From Actinomycetota bacterium (GTDB taxonomy: Bacteria; Margulisbacteria; Marinamargulisbacteria; GCA-2716485; GCA-002719695): a stretch of DNA of 64,000 nucleotides. Below the pieces are notes generated by a model. It saw only the letters and a program-made list of their open reading frames with translations, did no database searches and had not been told where the DNA came from. Position 1 is the stretch's first letter; every line of letters starts with the position of its first letter. The translations under genes and the position numbers were made by a program. Location: contig NZWE01000008.1 in NCBI GenBank assembly GCA_002697535.1, positions 5,796 through 69,795 on the forward strand, in the 5' to 3' direction. Below are positions 40,596 through 49,138 of the stretch, in pieces.

Positions 40596-42220
40596 GATGC
40601 AACCTCTTCTAGCACAAAATCTTCTTCTAATTCAGTTTGAGCTTCTTCAGTTTGCTCATTGCTATCGTCCTCTTTTTCCTTTAACCAATCTTCCATAATA
40701 GCCGCTAATTTTTCTGGAAATTCGACTGCTAATTCTCTTAATTTCTCTAATTTTGTATCATTATCAAGATCTTCGTCTTCTTCTAAATCACCATCATCCA
40801 GATTATCAAATTCATCTTCATTGATATTTTCAACAACTTTATTTTCTTCACGTCGTGCTTTTCGTATAAATCGTATTACAAATATAATGATGGCAATACC
40901 CACTATAATGCTTGCTGCTAACAAAAGATAATCTAATAATCCTTGTCTAGTATGCTTGGCTATTAATGCTTTTTTCTCGCTCTCTGTATAAATAGGAAAC
41001 TCAGCAATACTTAATTGTATGGAATCTCTACCTCTGATATACCCTACTGATCCAGCTACTGTTTGAAATACCTGCTGCTTAAAGGCTTTATCTACAAAAA
41101 TATCATCATTTAATCCATCAATTACAATACTTATGGTTTGTCTTTTTATATCAACTATATTTCCATTTTCAAGTGGTCCTAAATCTGATGTTACCTCAAC
41201 TTTAAACGATGCAATTGGCATAATTCCAAATAATTGTTTTTCTACTTTTTGTTTTAACGTATTCTCAAAATTCCACTTTATTTCAAACCATTCTTGTATA
41301 CGATCATAATTAGGGATTATAGGACTTCCCATTGCCTCTTCTCGACTAATGGCTGCTAAAATAGGGGCTCGGCTTTTTTCTTCTGCTACATATGTTCCGG
41401 CTCGTTTTGATGCTAATCTTTCAAAAAGACTATCCGATAATAGATTTCCCTCTGTATCAATAACGGATACATTTTCTACTTGCAAATTTTCAACTGCATT
41501 TGACACTAATTGAATAATACTAAAGACAATTTCATCCGTTATCTCACTTCCTTGAATAATTCGTATAATAATCGATGATGTCACAGGCGGTTGAGTTACT
41601 GTAAATAAACGCTGTTCTGGTAATACAATTTGTACTTTTGCTGATTCAATAATATCTAATTGTGTAATTGCTTTTTCTAATTCGCCTGACAAGGCTCTTA
41701 AAAACCGAATCCGTTTATCAAATTCTGTTACGCCTAAGGTTTGAGCATCATCTAATAATTCATACCCACTCTTTGCTTTTCCTGATGGAATTCCTTTAAT
41801 GGCCAACAAATTTCTTGCTAGTTCCGCTTCATCTTCTGCTACTAAAATTGTAAATTTTTGACCATTTTGTTCGGTTTTAAATTGTATTTCTGCTAAACTA
41901 ATTTCTTTTAAAATTTTGCTCGTATCGCCACCATCTAACTGACTAAATAATTTTACATACTTTATTTTTTTTCTACTTTTCTTACTTTTATCTACTTTAT
42001 TTTTTGATACCATTATATTTTTGTTACTATGCTTACTAACGGATTTATTTGACTCATTACCTCTTCCTAACATTGTTAGCAATATCACAATAATAATAAC
42101 GCCTGCTATTAATCCCCCAATAATGAATTGTCTATTTGACTGTTTTGGAGGCAATGGCTCTGGTTGGGAAACTGGTTCCTCTAATGTGGGTTCTTCTTGA
42201 ATTATTTCTTCTTCAGCCAT
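40592..42220 (-). CDS. fliF: Flagellar MS-ring-type protein FliF
   Basis: Two TM helices, periplasmic EFDKRIRFLRALSGELEKAITQLDIIESAKVQIVLPEQRLFTVTQPPVTSSIIIRI, C-terminal FPEKLAAIMEDWLKE FliG-binding-like motif. Confidence 0.93.
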   Translation of the reverse strand: MAEEEIIQEEPTLEEPVSQPEPLPPKQSNRQFIIGGLIAGVIIIVILLTMLGRGNESNKSVSKHSNKNIMVSKNKVDKSKKSRKKIKYVKLFSQLDGGDTSKILKEISLAEIQFKTEQNGQKFTILVAEDEAELARNLLAIKGIPSGKAKSGYELLDDAQTLGVTEFDKRIRFLRALSGELEKAITQLDIIESAKVQIVLPEQRLFTVTQPPVTSSIIIRIIQGSEITDEIVFSIIQLVSNAVENLQVENVSVIDTEGNLLSDSLFERLASKRAGTYVAEEKSRAPILAAISREEAMGSPIIPNYDRIQEWFEIKWNFENTLKQKVEKQLFGIMPIASFKVEVTSDLGPLENGNIVDIKRQTISIVIDGLNDDIFVDKAFKQQVFQTVAGSVGYIRGRDSIQLSIAEFPIYTESEKKALIAKHTRQGLLDYLLLAASIIVGIAIIIFVIRFIRKARREENKVVENINEDEFDNLDDGDLEEDEDLDNDTKLEKLRELAVEFPEKLAAIMEDWLKEKEDDSNEQTEEAQTELEEDFVLEEVAS

Positions 42221-42309
42221 ATTTAATAATTGTTATATGATATATATGTTTATTTTACATTAGACTTACTACATAAGTCACGTAAATAGACTGATTTATT
42301 ATTAATTTT

Positions 42310-42873
42310 TTAAATAGCTAACTGCGTTATTTCTTTAAATGTTTGCGTAGCAGATGATAAAACGGTTGTTGCAAATGATACGGCTAAATTTAACTTCATT
42401 GTCTCAACACTCACTTCATCTAACGAAACTTTTCCTTCAATATATTGCTCTGTTAAATCATTTACTCGATATTCCATTGTACTAATACTTTCTAGCACCT
42501 CTATTGATTTATCTAATAACATTTGAAATGGTGTTACTTCTACACGATTCGTACTCAGATAAACATTTTCATCATCTTGTCCTTGAACATTTTGACGTCT
42601 ATTTTGATTATTTTGAACTTCACGAAATATGTTTTCTATTTCTTCCGGTGCTAATGCCTGCGCTAACAGCTCTCTATTTTCTTCTTCTGATACAATTCTT
42701 GGTTTTTGATTAAAGTTATAATCAATTCCATCGACATCATTTGGATTAACCCCATTTAATGCTTCATCAAAAAAGTTTTGAAATGGTACCTTTGGCATCA
42801 TTTCTTTATTAACAGCATTTGCCTTTTGAGGTTTCATTTGCATCATATCCAAAGGGTCTAATTTCTTATTCAT
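42310..42873 (-). CDS. FliE-like protein with ~90 aa N-terminal extension
   Basis: C-terminal GKVSLDEVSVETMKLNLAVSFATTVLSSATQTFKEITQLAI; position between flgC and fliF. Confidence 0.65.
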   Translation of the reverse strand: MNKKLDPLDMMQMKPQKANAVNKEMMPKVPFQNFFDEALNGVNPNDVDGIDYNFNQKPRIVSEEENRELLAQALAPEEIENIFREVQNNQNRRQNVQGQDDENVYLSTNRVEVTPFQMLLDKSIEVLESISTMEYRVNDLTEQYIEGKVSLDEVSVETMKLNLAVSFATTVLSSATQTFKEITQLAI

Positions 42874-43322
42874 TTTAATAATTCCATTGTAGACTGGTAC
42901 ATCGCTTTTGTCAGTTTAAATGCATTAATATTTGCTTCATACATAGCCTCTGTGTGCTTTAGTGTTACCATTTCATTTGGCATATTAACATTCGGCAAAT
43001 AAAAATATCCATCTTCATCGGACTGTGGCGCCGCTGGATCAAAGTATCGACTAAATGGCTCTGTACTTCGTTCAATATCAACTACCTTTACACCAATATC
43101 GGAGGCTTCTAATACTAAATATTTTTTTTGGTAGGGCAATCCTGTTTCTTCATCTTTTAAAGTCATTAAGTTGGCAACATTTTCTGCCGTCATTGTCATT
43201 TTCATCCGCTGAGAAACAATACCACTCATATTGATCTGGAATGCATCTTCTAATGTACTTAACTGTGCGGCTATTGGTGATAGTAATATTAAACTGATAA
43301 TGATTACTTTAATCAACATCAC
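42870..43322 (-). CDS. flgC: FlgC-like rod protein with Sec signal peptide
   Basis: MMLIKVIIISLILLSPIAAQ then FQINMSGIVSQRMKMTMTAENVANL; C-terminal ANINAFKLTKAMYQSTMELL; operon position. Confidence 0.75.
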   Translation of the reverse strand: MMLIKVIIISLILLSPIAAQLSTLEDAFQINMSGIVSQRMKMTMTAENVANLMTLKDEETGLPYQKKYLVLEASDIGVKVVDIERSTEPFSRYFDPAAPQSDEDGYFYLPNVNMPNEMVTLKHTEAMYEANINAFKLTKAMYQSTMELLK

Positions 43323-43708
43323 TAGCGTTTTCCCATTGTAGCTATCTGCCGATAGGTATCAAACCGTTTTTTATATAACGTCAAGTAACTTGCTTGTAAA
43401 TTTCTGTTTTTTGCCATGCTCGCTGACATATGCTCTAATAATACTTTTTTTCTTAACTCACTATTATTTGGAATAATTTGATTTAATTCTTCCTGGTCTT
43501 CTGGATACAGAACCGGCTCAAAGCCAGGAGTGGTAATATTAGCAATATTATACGAAAAAAGCGCATGCTTTTTTGTTGCTTTATAAATTGCTTTTTCTAA
43601 TTTTTGATCAGCTGGATACAATGCCAATTTACCTTCATTTTGCTGTGCCCATATCGATCCACTTAAATATATAAGTATACTTATGGCTATTAATTGATAT
43701 TTATTCAT
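43322..43708 (-). CDS. flgB: FlgB-like rod protein with Sec signal peptide
   Basis: MNKYQLIAISILIYLSGSIWAQ then KAIYKATKKHALFSYNIANITTPGFEP. Confidence 0.75.
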   Translation of the reverse strand: MNKYQLIAISILIYLSGSIWAQQNEGKLALYPADQKLEKAIYKATKKHALFSYNIANITTPGFEPVLYPEDQEELNQIIPNNSELRKKVLLEHMSASMAKNRNLQASYLTLYKKRFDTYRQIATMGKR

Positions 43709-44423
43709 TCTGTTTCAATCCTTCTAATCGATGTTTTAATCTATCTAAAACATTCATATGAATACGACATATTCGACTTTTAGATAACTTTAAATGCTTA
43801 GCAATTTCTACTTGCTTAAGTCCATGTATATAAAATAATTCTATAACATCTTTGTCGGGATGTTCTAGATCATAAATCTCTTTCCATAAAAAATCATAAT
43901 TTTCATCCACAACTTCTATCTCAGGGTCTTTTGTTCCTTTACTTTCAGATATATTTTGCTTCATATCGCCTGATATATAATGAACAAACGTCGCTGATTC
44001 AACTGCCTCATTAACCTTTTCTTTAGGCTTACTATTAGACTCATTTATAGTATCTTCGATAAACTCTGATAATGTTTCTTGTAATTTTTTTCTTCTGTCA
44101 CGGTACTCTTGAGGAATTCGTGAATTCCATTCATTACGAATTGAATCCAATATTTCACCTCTAATACGATAATAAGCATAGGTTTGAAATTTAGTTTTCA
44201 AGTCTTTCTTAAACCCTTTTTTAGCTTTTAATAATCCTTCAACTCCCCAACTAATTAAATCTCCATAATCAATACAACTAGGAACTTTCCCTGCATGTAA
44301 AATTTTTGATGCAATGTTTTTTATTAATGGCATATGCTCATTAATAAACTCTTCAGAATGCCCTCTATCTTTTCGAGCATCATTATATTGTAGTTTAGTT
44401 ATATCAACGTTTTTCTTTGACAT
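43701..44423 (-). CDS. fliA: FliA/WhiG-family sigma factor
   Basis: YGDLISWGVEGLLKAKKGF, FQTYAYYRIRGEILDSIR, ELFYIHGLKQVEIAKHLKLSKSRICRIH. Confidence 0.88.
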   Translation of the reverse strand: MSKKNVDITKLQYNDARKDRGHSEEFINEHMPLIKNIASKILHAGKVPSCIDYGDLISWGVEGLLKAKKGFKKDLKTKFQTYAYYRIRGEILDSIRNEWNSRIPQEYRDRRKKLQETLSEFIEDTINESNSKPKEKVNEAVESATFVHYISGDMKQNISESKGTKDPEIEVVDENYDFLWKEIYDLEHPDKDVIELFYIHGLKQVEIAKHLKLSKSRICRIHMNVLDRLKHRLEGLKQNE

Positions 44424-44426
44424 TTT

Positions 44427-44759
44427 TTATTCCCTAAAATATTCATCTAAGTTTAATAAATCTTGATCTGCTAAATATTTAGATAGTTGCCTTGCATAAA
44501 TTACATTCATTAATTCATTTGATTGTTTTGTATCATAAATGGCATCCTCTTCAATTTCAATAACACTTGTTGATTTAAATAACGGTTGTACAAATATTTG
44601 TTGAATAAATAATGCTTGCATTTTTTTCATAGCATCTTCCTCACTGCCAATTTCATAATTTGGATTTAATAACTGATAATAACTCATATCAGGCATCTGT
44701 CCTACTACACTAGCTGTGAATATTAACATCAAACTTATTATATAAAAAATTGTCTTCAT
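44427..44759 (-). CDS. FlgJ rod-binding-domain-like protein with Sec signal peptide
   Basis: MKTIFYIISLMLIFTASVVGQ; AMKKMQALFIQQIFVQPLFKS...YARQLSKYLADQDLL; directly after flgI. Confidence 0.65.
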   Translation of the reverse strand: MKTIFYIISLMLIFTASVVGQMPDMSYYQLLNPNYEIGSEEDAMKKMQALFIQQIFVQPLFKSTSVIEIEEDAIYDTKQSNELMNVIYARQLSKYLADQDLLNLDEYFRE

Positions 44760-45826
44760 AATATTTCTAAATCAGCTACAAGAGCTCCTGACTCTTTTAA
44801 TGCTTGGATAATATTAATTAATTCTTTAGGTGTTACACCTATTTGGTTTAATGAATTCACTAAATTTGATAAGGTATCAGCTGCCTCTAAATAAACTAAC
44901 GGTTTTTTTGATTCATTTATTGTAATAGGATCTTCTTGTGCCCCAAATAACCCTCCGGCATCATTATTAATTTTTATTGAAACGCCTCCATGAGTAATTG
45001 CAACAGGAAATAATTTAACATTTTCTCCAATAATGATCGTTCCTGTTTTTGAATTCACAACAATTCGTGATGATACATCAGGTGTAATTTCTATATTCTC
45101 AATTTCAGATATAGCTGTTATTAAATCGGAAGACTTTAAATCTTCTAATGGAATTTTAATGGTATTGCCATCTATTGCTTTGGCGCCCTTATAGCCTTTC
45201 TCTTGTAATGCTTTCATCGCTTTTGCTACTGTAAAGAAATTTGGTCTATCTAAAACCATTGTAATATTATGTTGATCTGTAAACGTTACTGGCACCTCAG
45301 CTTCTACTATAGCTCCATTTGGTATTGAGCCTACCGTTGCTTGATTTCTATAAAGCTGTGTTGTCGCAGATACTTCACTTGCTCCATCAATGACTATATT
45401 TCCTTGCGCTACAGCATATGTTTTCATGTCAGGTCCCATCATTGGGGTCATAATTAATGTTCCCCCAATCAAAGAACTTGCATCTCCTAATGCTGATACC
45501 GTTACTGATATACGTTGACCCTTTTTTAAAAATGATGGTAAATTGGCTGTTACTAAAACAGAGGCTGCATTTCTAGCATTTAAATTTACGCCACTTATTG
45601 AAACTCCCATTTTTGATAATAAGTTTCTTAAAGCATTATTTGTTAAACCGGCAGCTCTAGAATCACCACTTCCTCTTAGCCCCACAACAATCCCATACCC
45701 TGCCAATTGATTGTCTCTTGATTCAATTAATTTCCCAATATCTTTTAATCGTACAGTATTAGACTGAGAATAAGATAGACTCCCTAACAAACTTAACATT
45801 ATTAAAATAGATGTTAAAATTTTCAT
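44756..45826 (-). CDS. flgI: Flagellar P-ring protein FlgI
   Basis: VRLKDIGKLIESRDNQLAGYGIVVGLRGSGDS, VTIGENVKLFPVAITHGG-like, LIQALKESGALVADLEIL. Confidence 0.95.
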   Translation of the reverse strand: MKILTSILIMLSLLGSLSYSQSNTVRLKDIGKLIESRDNQLAGYGIVVGLRGSGDSRAAGLTNNALRNLLSKMGVSISGVNLNARNAASVLVTANLPSFLKKGQRISVTVSALGDASSLIGGTLIMTPMMGPDMKTYAVAQGNIVIDGASEVSATTQLYRNQATVGSIPNGAIVEAEVPVTFTDQHNITMVLDRPNFFTVAKAMKALQEKGYKGAKAIDGNTIKIPLEDLKSSDLITAISEIENIEITPDVSSRIVVNSKTGTIIIGENVKLFPVAITHGGVSIKINNDAGGLFGAQEDPITINESKKPLVYLEAADTLSNLVNSLNQIGVTPKELINIIQALKESGALVADLEIL

Positions 45827-45827
45827 A

Positions 45828-46436
45828 CTAAAACAACCAATTAAATACTTTCGTCATAATACCAGGAGATTGCTTTGAAGCTACTACCCCACTTCCATGT
45901 ACTGAAATTTCAGCTTTAGCAACTTGATATGAATAGACTGAATTCTTTGGAGAAATATCTTGAGGCCGAATAACACCTGCTACTCGAATTGTCTCCAACT
46001 CATCATTGACTTTTACTTTATGAATTCCTTCAACATATAAATTTCCATTATCTAATATTTCAGTGACTACTGATGAAACGACCGCCTTAACCTGACTTCT
46101 ACGCGAGGTTTGTCCCGATCCTTCATACTTATCATCACCATTTAACCCATATTGTCTTTTTTGATTTAACGTTTCATTTCCTAATAAATTTCCTACTTGC
46201 TCCCAATTATTTTGAATTGAAGCGCCTAACCGCGATTCTCTTTCTGTACTGGTTGATGCTTGCTGTGCCGCTGATGTTGATTCTGACACATAAATCGTAA
46301 TGATATCACCAACTCGGATTAGCCGTCTGTTAACACCATAAAACGGTGTTTTCGCATTATCAAATAACGAATCTGCGACAACCTCCATAGGCCATAGCAA
46401 ACTAATTAGAACTAATAAGAATATGTTTTTTATCAA
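45828..46436 (-). CDS. flgH: Flagellar L-ring-like protein FlgH
   Basis: RVGDIITIYVSESTSA, GNLYVEGIHKVKVNDELETIRVAGVIRPQDIS. Confidence 0.92.
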   Translation of the reverse strand: MIKNIFLLVLISLLWPMEVVADSLFDNAKTPFYGVNRRLIRVGDIITIYVSESTSAAQQASTSTERESRLGASIQNNWEQVGNLLGNETLNQKRQYGLNGDDKYEGSGQTSRRSQVKAVVSSVVTEILDNGNLYVEGIHKVKVNDELETIRVAGVIRPQDISPKNSVYSYQVAKAEISVHGSGVVASKQSPGIMTKVFNWLF

Positions 46437-47121
46437 TTACTTTTCCTCTTAATATTTTTTTTGTTTCTGTCTTCATTCGAATCATATCACCTATCATCCC
46501 TGAATCTAATGCTGTAACATCCGATTTAATCTCAAAGCCTGATGATTTGATAACTAATTTTACATGTTCTCCTTTTTGCACATCAGGAACAAGTTCAATC
46601 CATCGATCTGAAAATGCAATTCCTTTTATCATCGATCGTTTTGTTTGCTTTCCTATAATAATATCTTTATTAAAAATATAATCTTCGGATCGTGATGTTA
46701 ACTTAATTCTTTTTTGAGTAATATCATTATTAGAAATAATATCATTTGTTTTTATTTTTCTATTAGATACATAAACATCTCCATAGACGCTGGTTTCTAA
46801 AGCACATTTTTCTGTTTTAATAATTGTATTTTCTTCTGATAAAAATGCCGTATCTAATATAATCTTTCCCATTAAGGTTTGTGGTTTTGCTAAATCTACA
46901 AAGATATAAAAGACATCTTTAGAAATATCATTAAAAATTTCTGAGTTTTTTATCTCGACATTCACGTCTGGATTTTTTACATCTCCCATTTGTCCTAGTA
47001 TTTGATTTTCAATTTCAGTCTCTAATATTGTACTAGAAAAATTAGCAACACTATATTGCTTTGCAGATAGATTAACTGAAAAAAATACTGCTAATAAAAT
47101 TACCCAAAACACTCTCAACAT
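46402..47121 (-). CDS. flgA: FlgA-like P-ring chaperone
   Basis: Signal peptide; DIIIGKQTKRSMIKGIAF, KGEHVKLVIKSSGFEIKSDVTALDSGMIGDMIRMK SAF-type domain. Confidence 0.85.
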   Translation of the reverse strand: MLRVFWVILLAVFFSVNLSAKQYSVANFSSTILETEIENQILGQMGDVKNPDVNVEIKNSEIFNDISKDVFYIFVDLAKPQTLMGKIILDTAFLSEENTIIKTEKCALETSVYGDVYVSNRKIKTNDIISNNDITQKRIKLTSRSEDYIFNKDIIIGKQTKRSMIKGIAFSDRWIELVPDVQKGEHVKLVIKSSGFEIKSDVTALDSGMIGDMIRMKTETKKILRGKVIDKKHILISSN

Positions 47122-47124
47122 TAT

Positions 47125-47928
47125 TTATTTTCCTATATCACTCGCTGCCTTTAACATTGCATCTGCTGATTTAATGGTCGAGTTTACTAACTCAAATGTT
47201 CGCTGACATAACAACATATTCATCATTTCTTCAATGATATTAACATTTGAAAACTCTAATGCTCTTTGCTTTACCATCCCAACACCATTTTCACCAGGAA
47301 TTGTTAACTCTGGATCGCCTGATGCAGCTGTTGCTCTAAATAAATTTTGACCAACGTCTTTTAATCCTCCTGCATTTGGAAAATTCACTAAATAAACCTG
47401 ACCTATTTCTGTTGGCTGGACAGTATTTGCTGTTTGAGCAAACACCTCACCTGCTTCATTAATAATAATTTCAGTCGTATTAGCTGGTATTGTAATAGCT
47501 GGATCAAGTGGATGCCCATTTGGATTTAATACATTACCTTCTGCATCTGCATGCAGGTTTCCAGCCCTACTAAACCCATAGGTTCCATCTGGCATTAAAA
47601 ATTGTAAAAATCCTTTTCCTTCTATAGCAACATCCAGTTGTTGATTTGTCATTTCAATTGATCCGGTTGTAAAGTCTTTTGTTACATCAACAATACGTAT
47701 TCCTTGACCATACTCTAAGTATTTCTTACGTTTTCGTCCTGCACCCGGTGATACCTCATCAAACTCTGAATAGGCTCTTTCTAATACTAATGGAAATAAA
47801 CTCTCCATTTCCATACGCTTCTTTTTATATCCAACCGTTTGCGCATTCGCAATATTGTTTGCAATAACCTGCATTTTTCTTTCATAAGAAAAATATGCTG
47901 ATTTTGCCATAAATAACTGTGATAACAT
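47125..47928 (-). CDS. flgG: Flagellar distal rod protein FlgG
   Basis: AKSAYFSYERKMQVIANNIANAQTVGYKKKR, C-terminal ALEFSNVNIIEEMMNMLLCQRTFELVNSTIKSADAML; no signal peptide; AGGAGG SD-like motif upstream. Confidence 0.93.
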   Translation of the reverse strand: MLSQLFMAKSAYFSYERKMQVIANNIANAQTVGYKKKRMEMESLFPLVLERAYSEFDEVSPGAGRKRKKYLEYGQGIRIVDVTKDFTTGSIEMTNQQLDVAIEGKGFLQFLMPDGTYGFSRAGNLHADAEGNVLNPNGHPLDPAITIPANTTEIIINEAGEVFAQTANTVQPTEIGQVYLVNFPNAGGLKDVGQNLFRATAASGDPELTIPGENGVGMVKQRALEFSNVNIIEEMMNMLLCQRTFELVNSTIKSADAMLKAASDIGK

Positions 47929-47951
47929 GTTGCTTTCCTCCTTTTATGTTT

Positions 47952-48773
47952 TTATGGACTCGATAATGTTGCCGCTGTATTTAACGCTCTATTCATTAAA
48001 TGAGCTGTTTTAACACTGGCATCATATGCATTTTTTGCCATTAATATATCCCCAGTAATCCCCTTTAAGACATTATTTTGCTCTAAAGCTCCCTGAACAA
48101 CCGCATAATGCTCTGGGCCTTCTTCTACGGGAACATCTTTTGTCAAAATAAAATAAGATCCATTTAATGATTCAAAGGACTGCATTGCCGCAAATGTTTT
48201 GAATACTACAATTTTCATACTTGAAACAGGCTGTCCATCAACATAAATAAGCCCTGATCGTGATACTAATATATCTTCACCTTCCGGCAAAATTATTTCA
48301 CCTTCTTCTCCTAATACTGGATAATTACCTGATAATGTTACCAATCTTCTCTTTGAATCTAATAAAAAACGGCCATCTCTTGTAAATGCAATCGTACCTG
48401 GTAACTGCACCACAAAAAAACCTCTACTATTAGCATCAATATAAAAATCTAGCTCTTTATTGGTTTCAATCATCGGACCAGCTCTCCATCTAAAAAAAGG
48501 CAAATAATCTAAATCATAGCCGTCTTCTGTCTTTTTTCTAGAATTATAAACACCTGTCTCAATAAATCCTGGCGTTCCAACATTTATCGTATAAAACATA
48601 AAGTTTGTATAATGCACCTGAAACATTCTCATAGCTTCCAATGTTGTTGACACTCCTTCATCTTGCACCTCACCAAAATTGGTATATCCATATAATGATG
48701 ATGTAACACTTAAAATCATTAGTAATATACCCATCGTGACATTTCTATAAACATTAAGTTGTTTTTTTATCAT
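47952..48773 (-). CDS. flgF: FlgF/FlgG-like rod protein with Sec signal peptide
   Basis: N-terminal VTMGILLMILSVTSSLYG; MRMFQVHYTNFMFYTINVGTPGF; RDGRFLLDSKRRLVTLSGNYPVLG; C-terminal VVQGALEQNNVLKGITGDIL. Confidence 0.75.
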   Translation of the reverse strand: MIKKQLNVYRNVTMGILLMILSVTSSLYGYTNFGEVQDEGVSTTLEAMRMFQVHYTNFMFYTINVGTPGFIETGVYNSRKKTEDGYDLDYLPFFRWRAGPMIETNKELDFYIDANSRGFFVVQLPGTIAFTRDGRFLLDSKRRLVTLSGNYPVLGEEGEIILPEGEDILVSRSGLIYVDGQPVSSMKIVVFKTFAAMQSFESLNGSYFILTKDVPVEEGPEHYAVVQGALEQNNVLKGITGDILMAKNAYDASVKTAHLMNRALNTAATLSSP

Positions 48774-49135
48774 TTTCTCTTCTTTCTTTTTAATTTTTTC
48801 TTTTTTGCCAGTCTATCTAATCGATACACAAACGATAATACTTCTGCCACCATATTATATAAATTAGGCGGTATTTCAGAATTTATAGCTAACTTTGATA
48901 ACAACTCCACTAAAGAAGAATCTTCATAAAATGGAACCTTATTATCTTCGGCAACCTTAAGTATCTTTTCCGCAATTTGACCTTTTCCAAACCCTGTAAT
49001 TTTTGGTGCCTTACTATTTTTCGAATCATACTTTAAAGCAATAGCTTTTAAATTATGCTTATTTTTAACATCAAGTTGATGTATATTTCGTTTTAATTTT
49101 ATATTTTTTGGCTTATCACTTTTTTTTGCATTCAT
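48770..49135 (-). CDS. Standalone FlhB C-terminal (export switch)-like protein
   Basis: LKAIALKYDSKNSKAPKITGFGKGQIAEKILKVAEDNKVPFYEDSSLVELLSKLAINSEIPPNLYNMVAEVLSFVYRLDR. Confidence 0.85.
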   Translation of the reverse strand: MNAKKSDKPKNIKLKRNIHQLDVKNKHNLKAIALKYDSKNSKAPKITGFGKGQIAEKILKVAEDNKVPFYEDSSLVELLSKLAINSEIPPNLYNMVAEVLSFVYRLDRLAKKKKLKRKKRK

Positions 49136-49138
49136 AGT

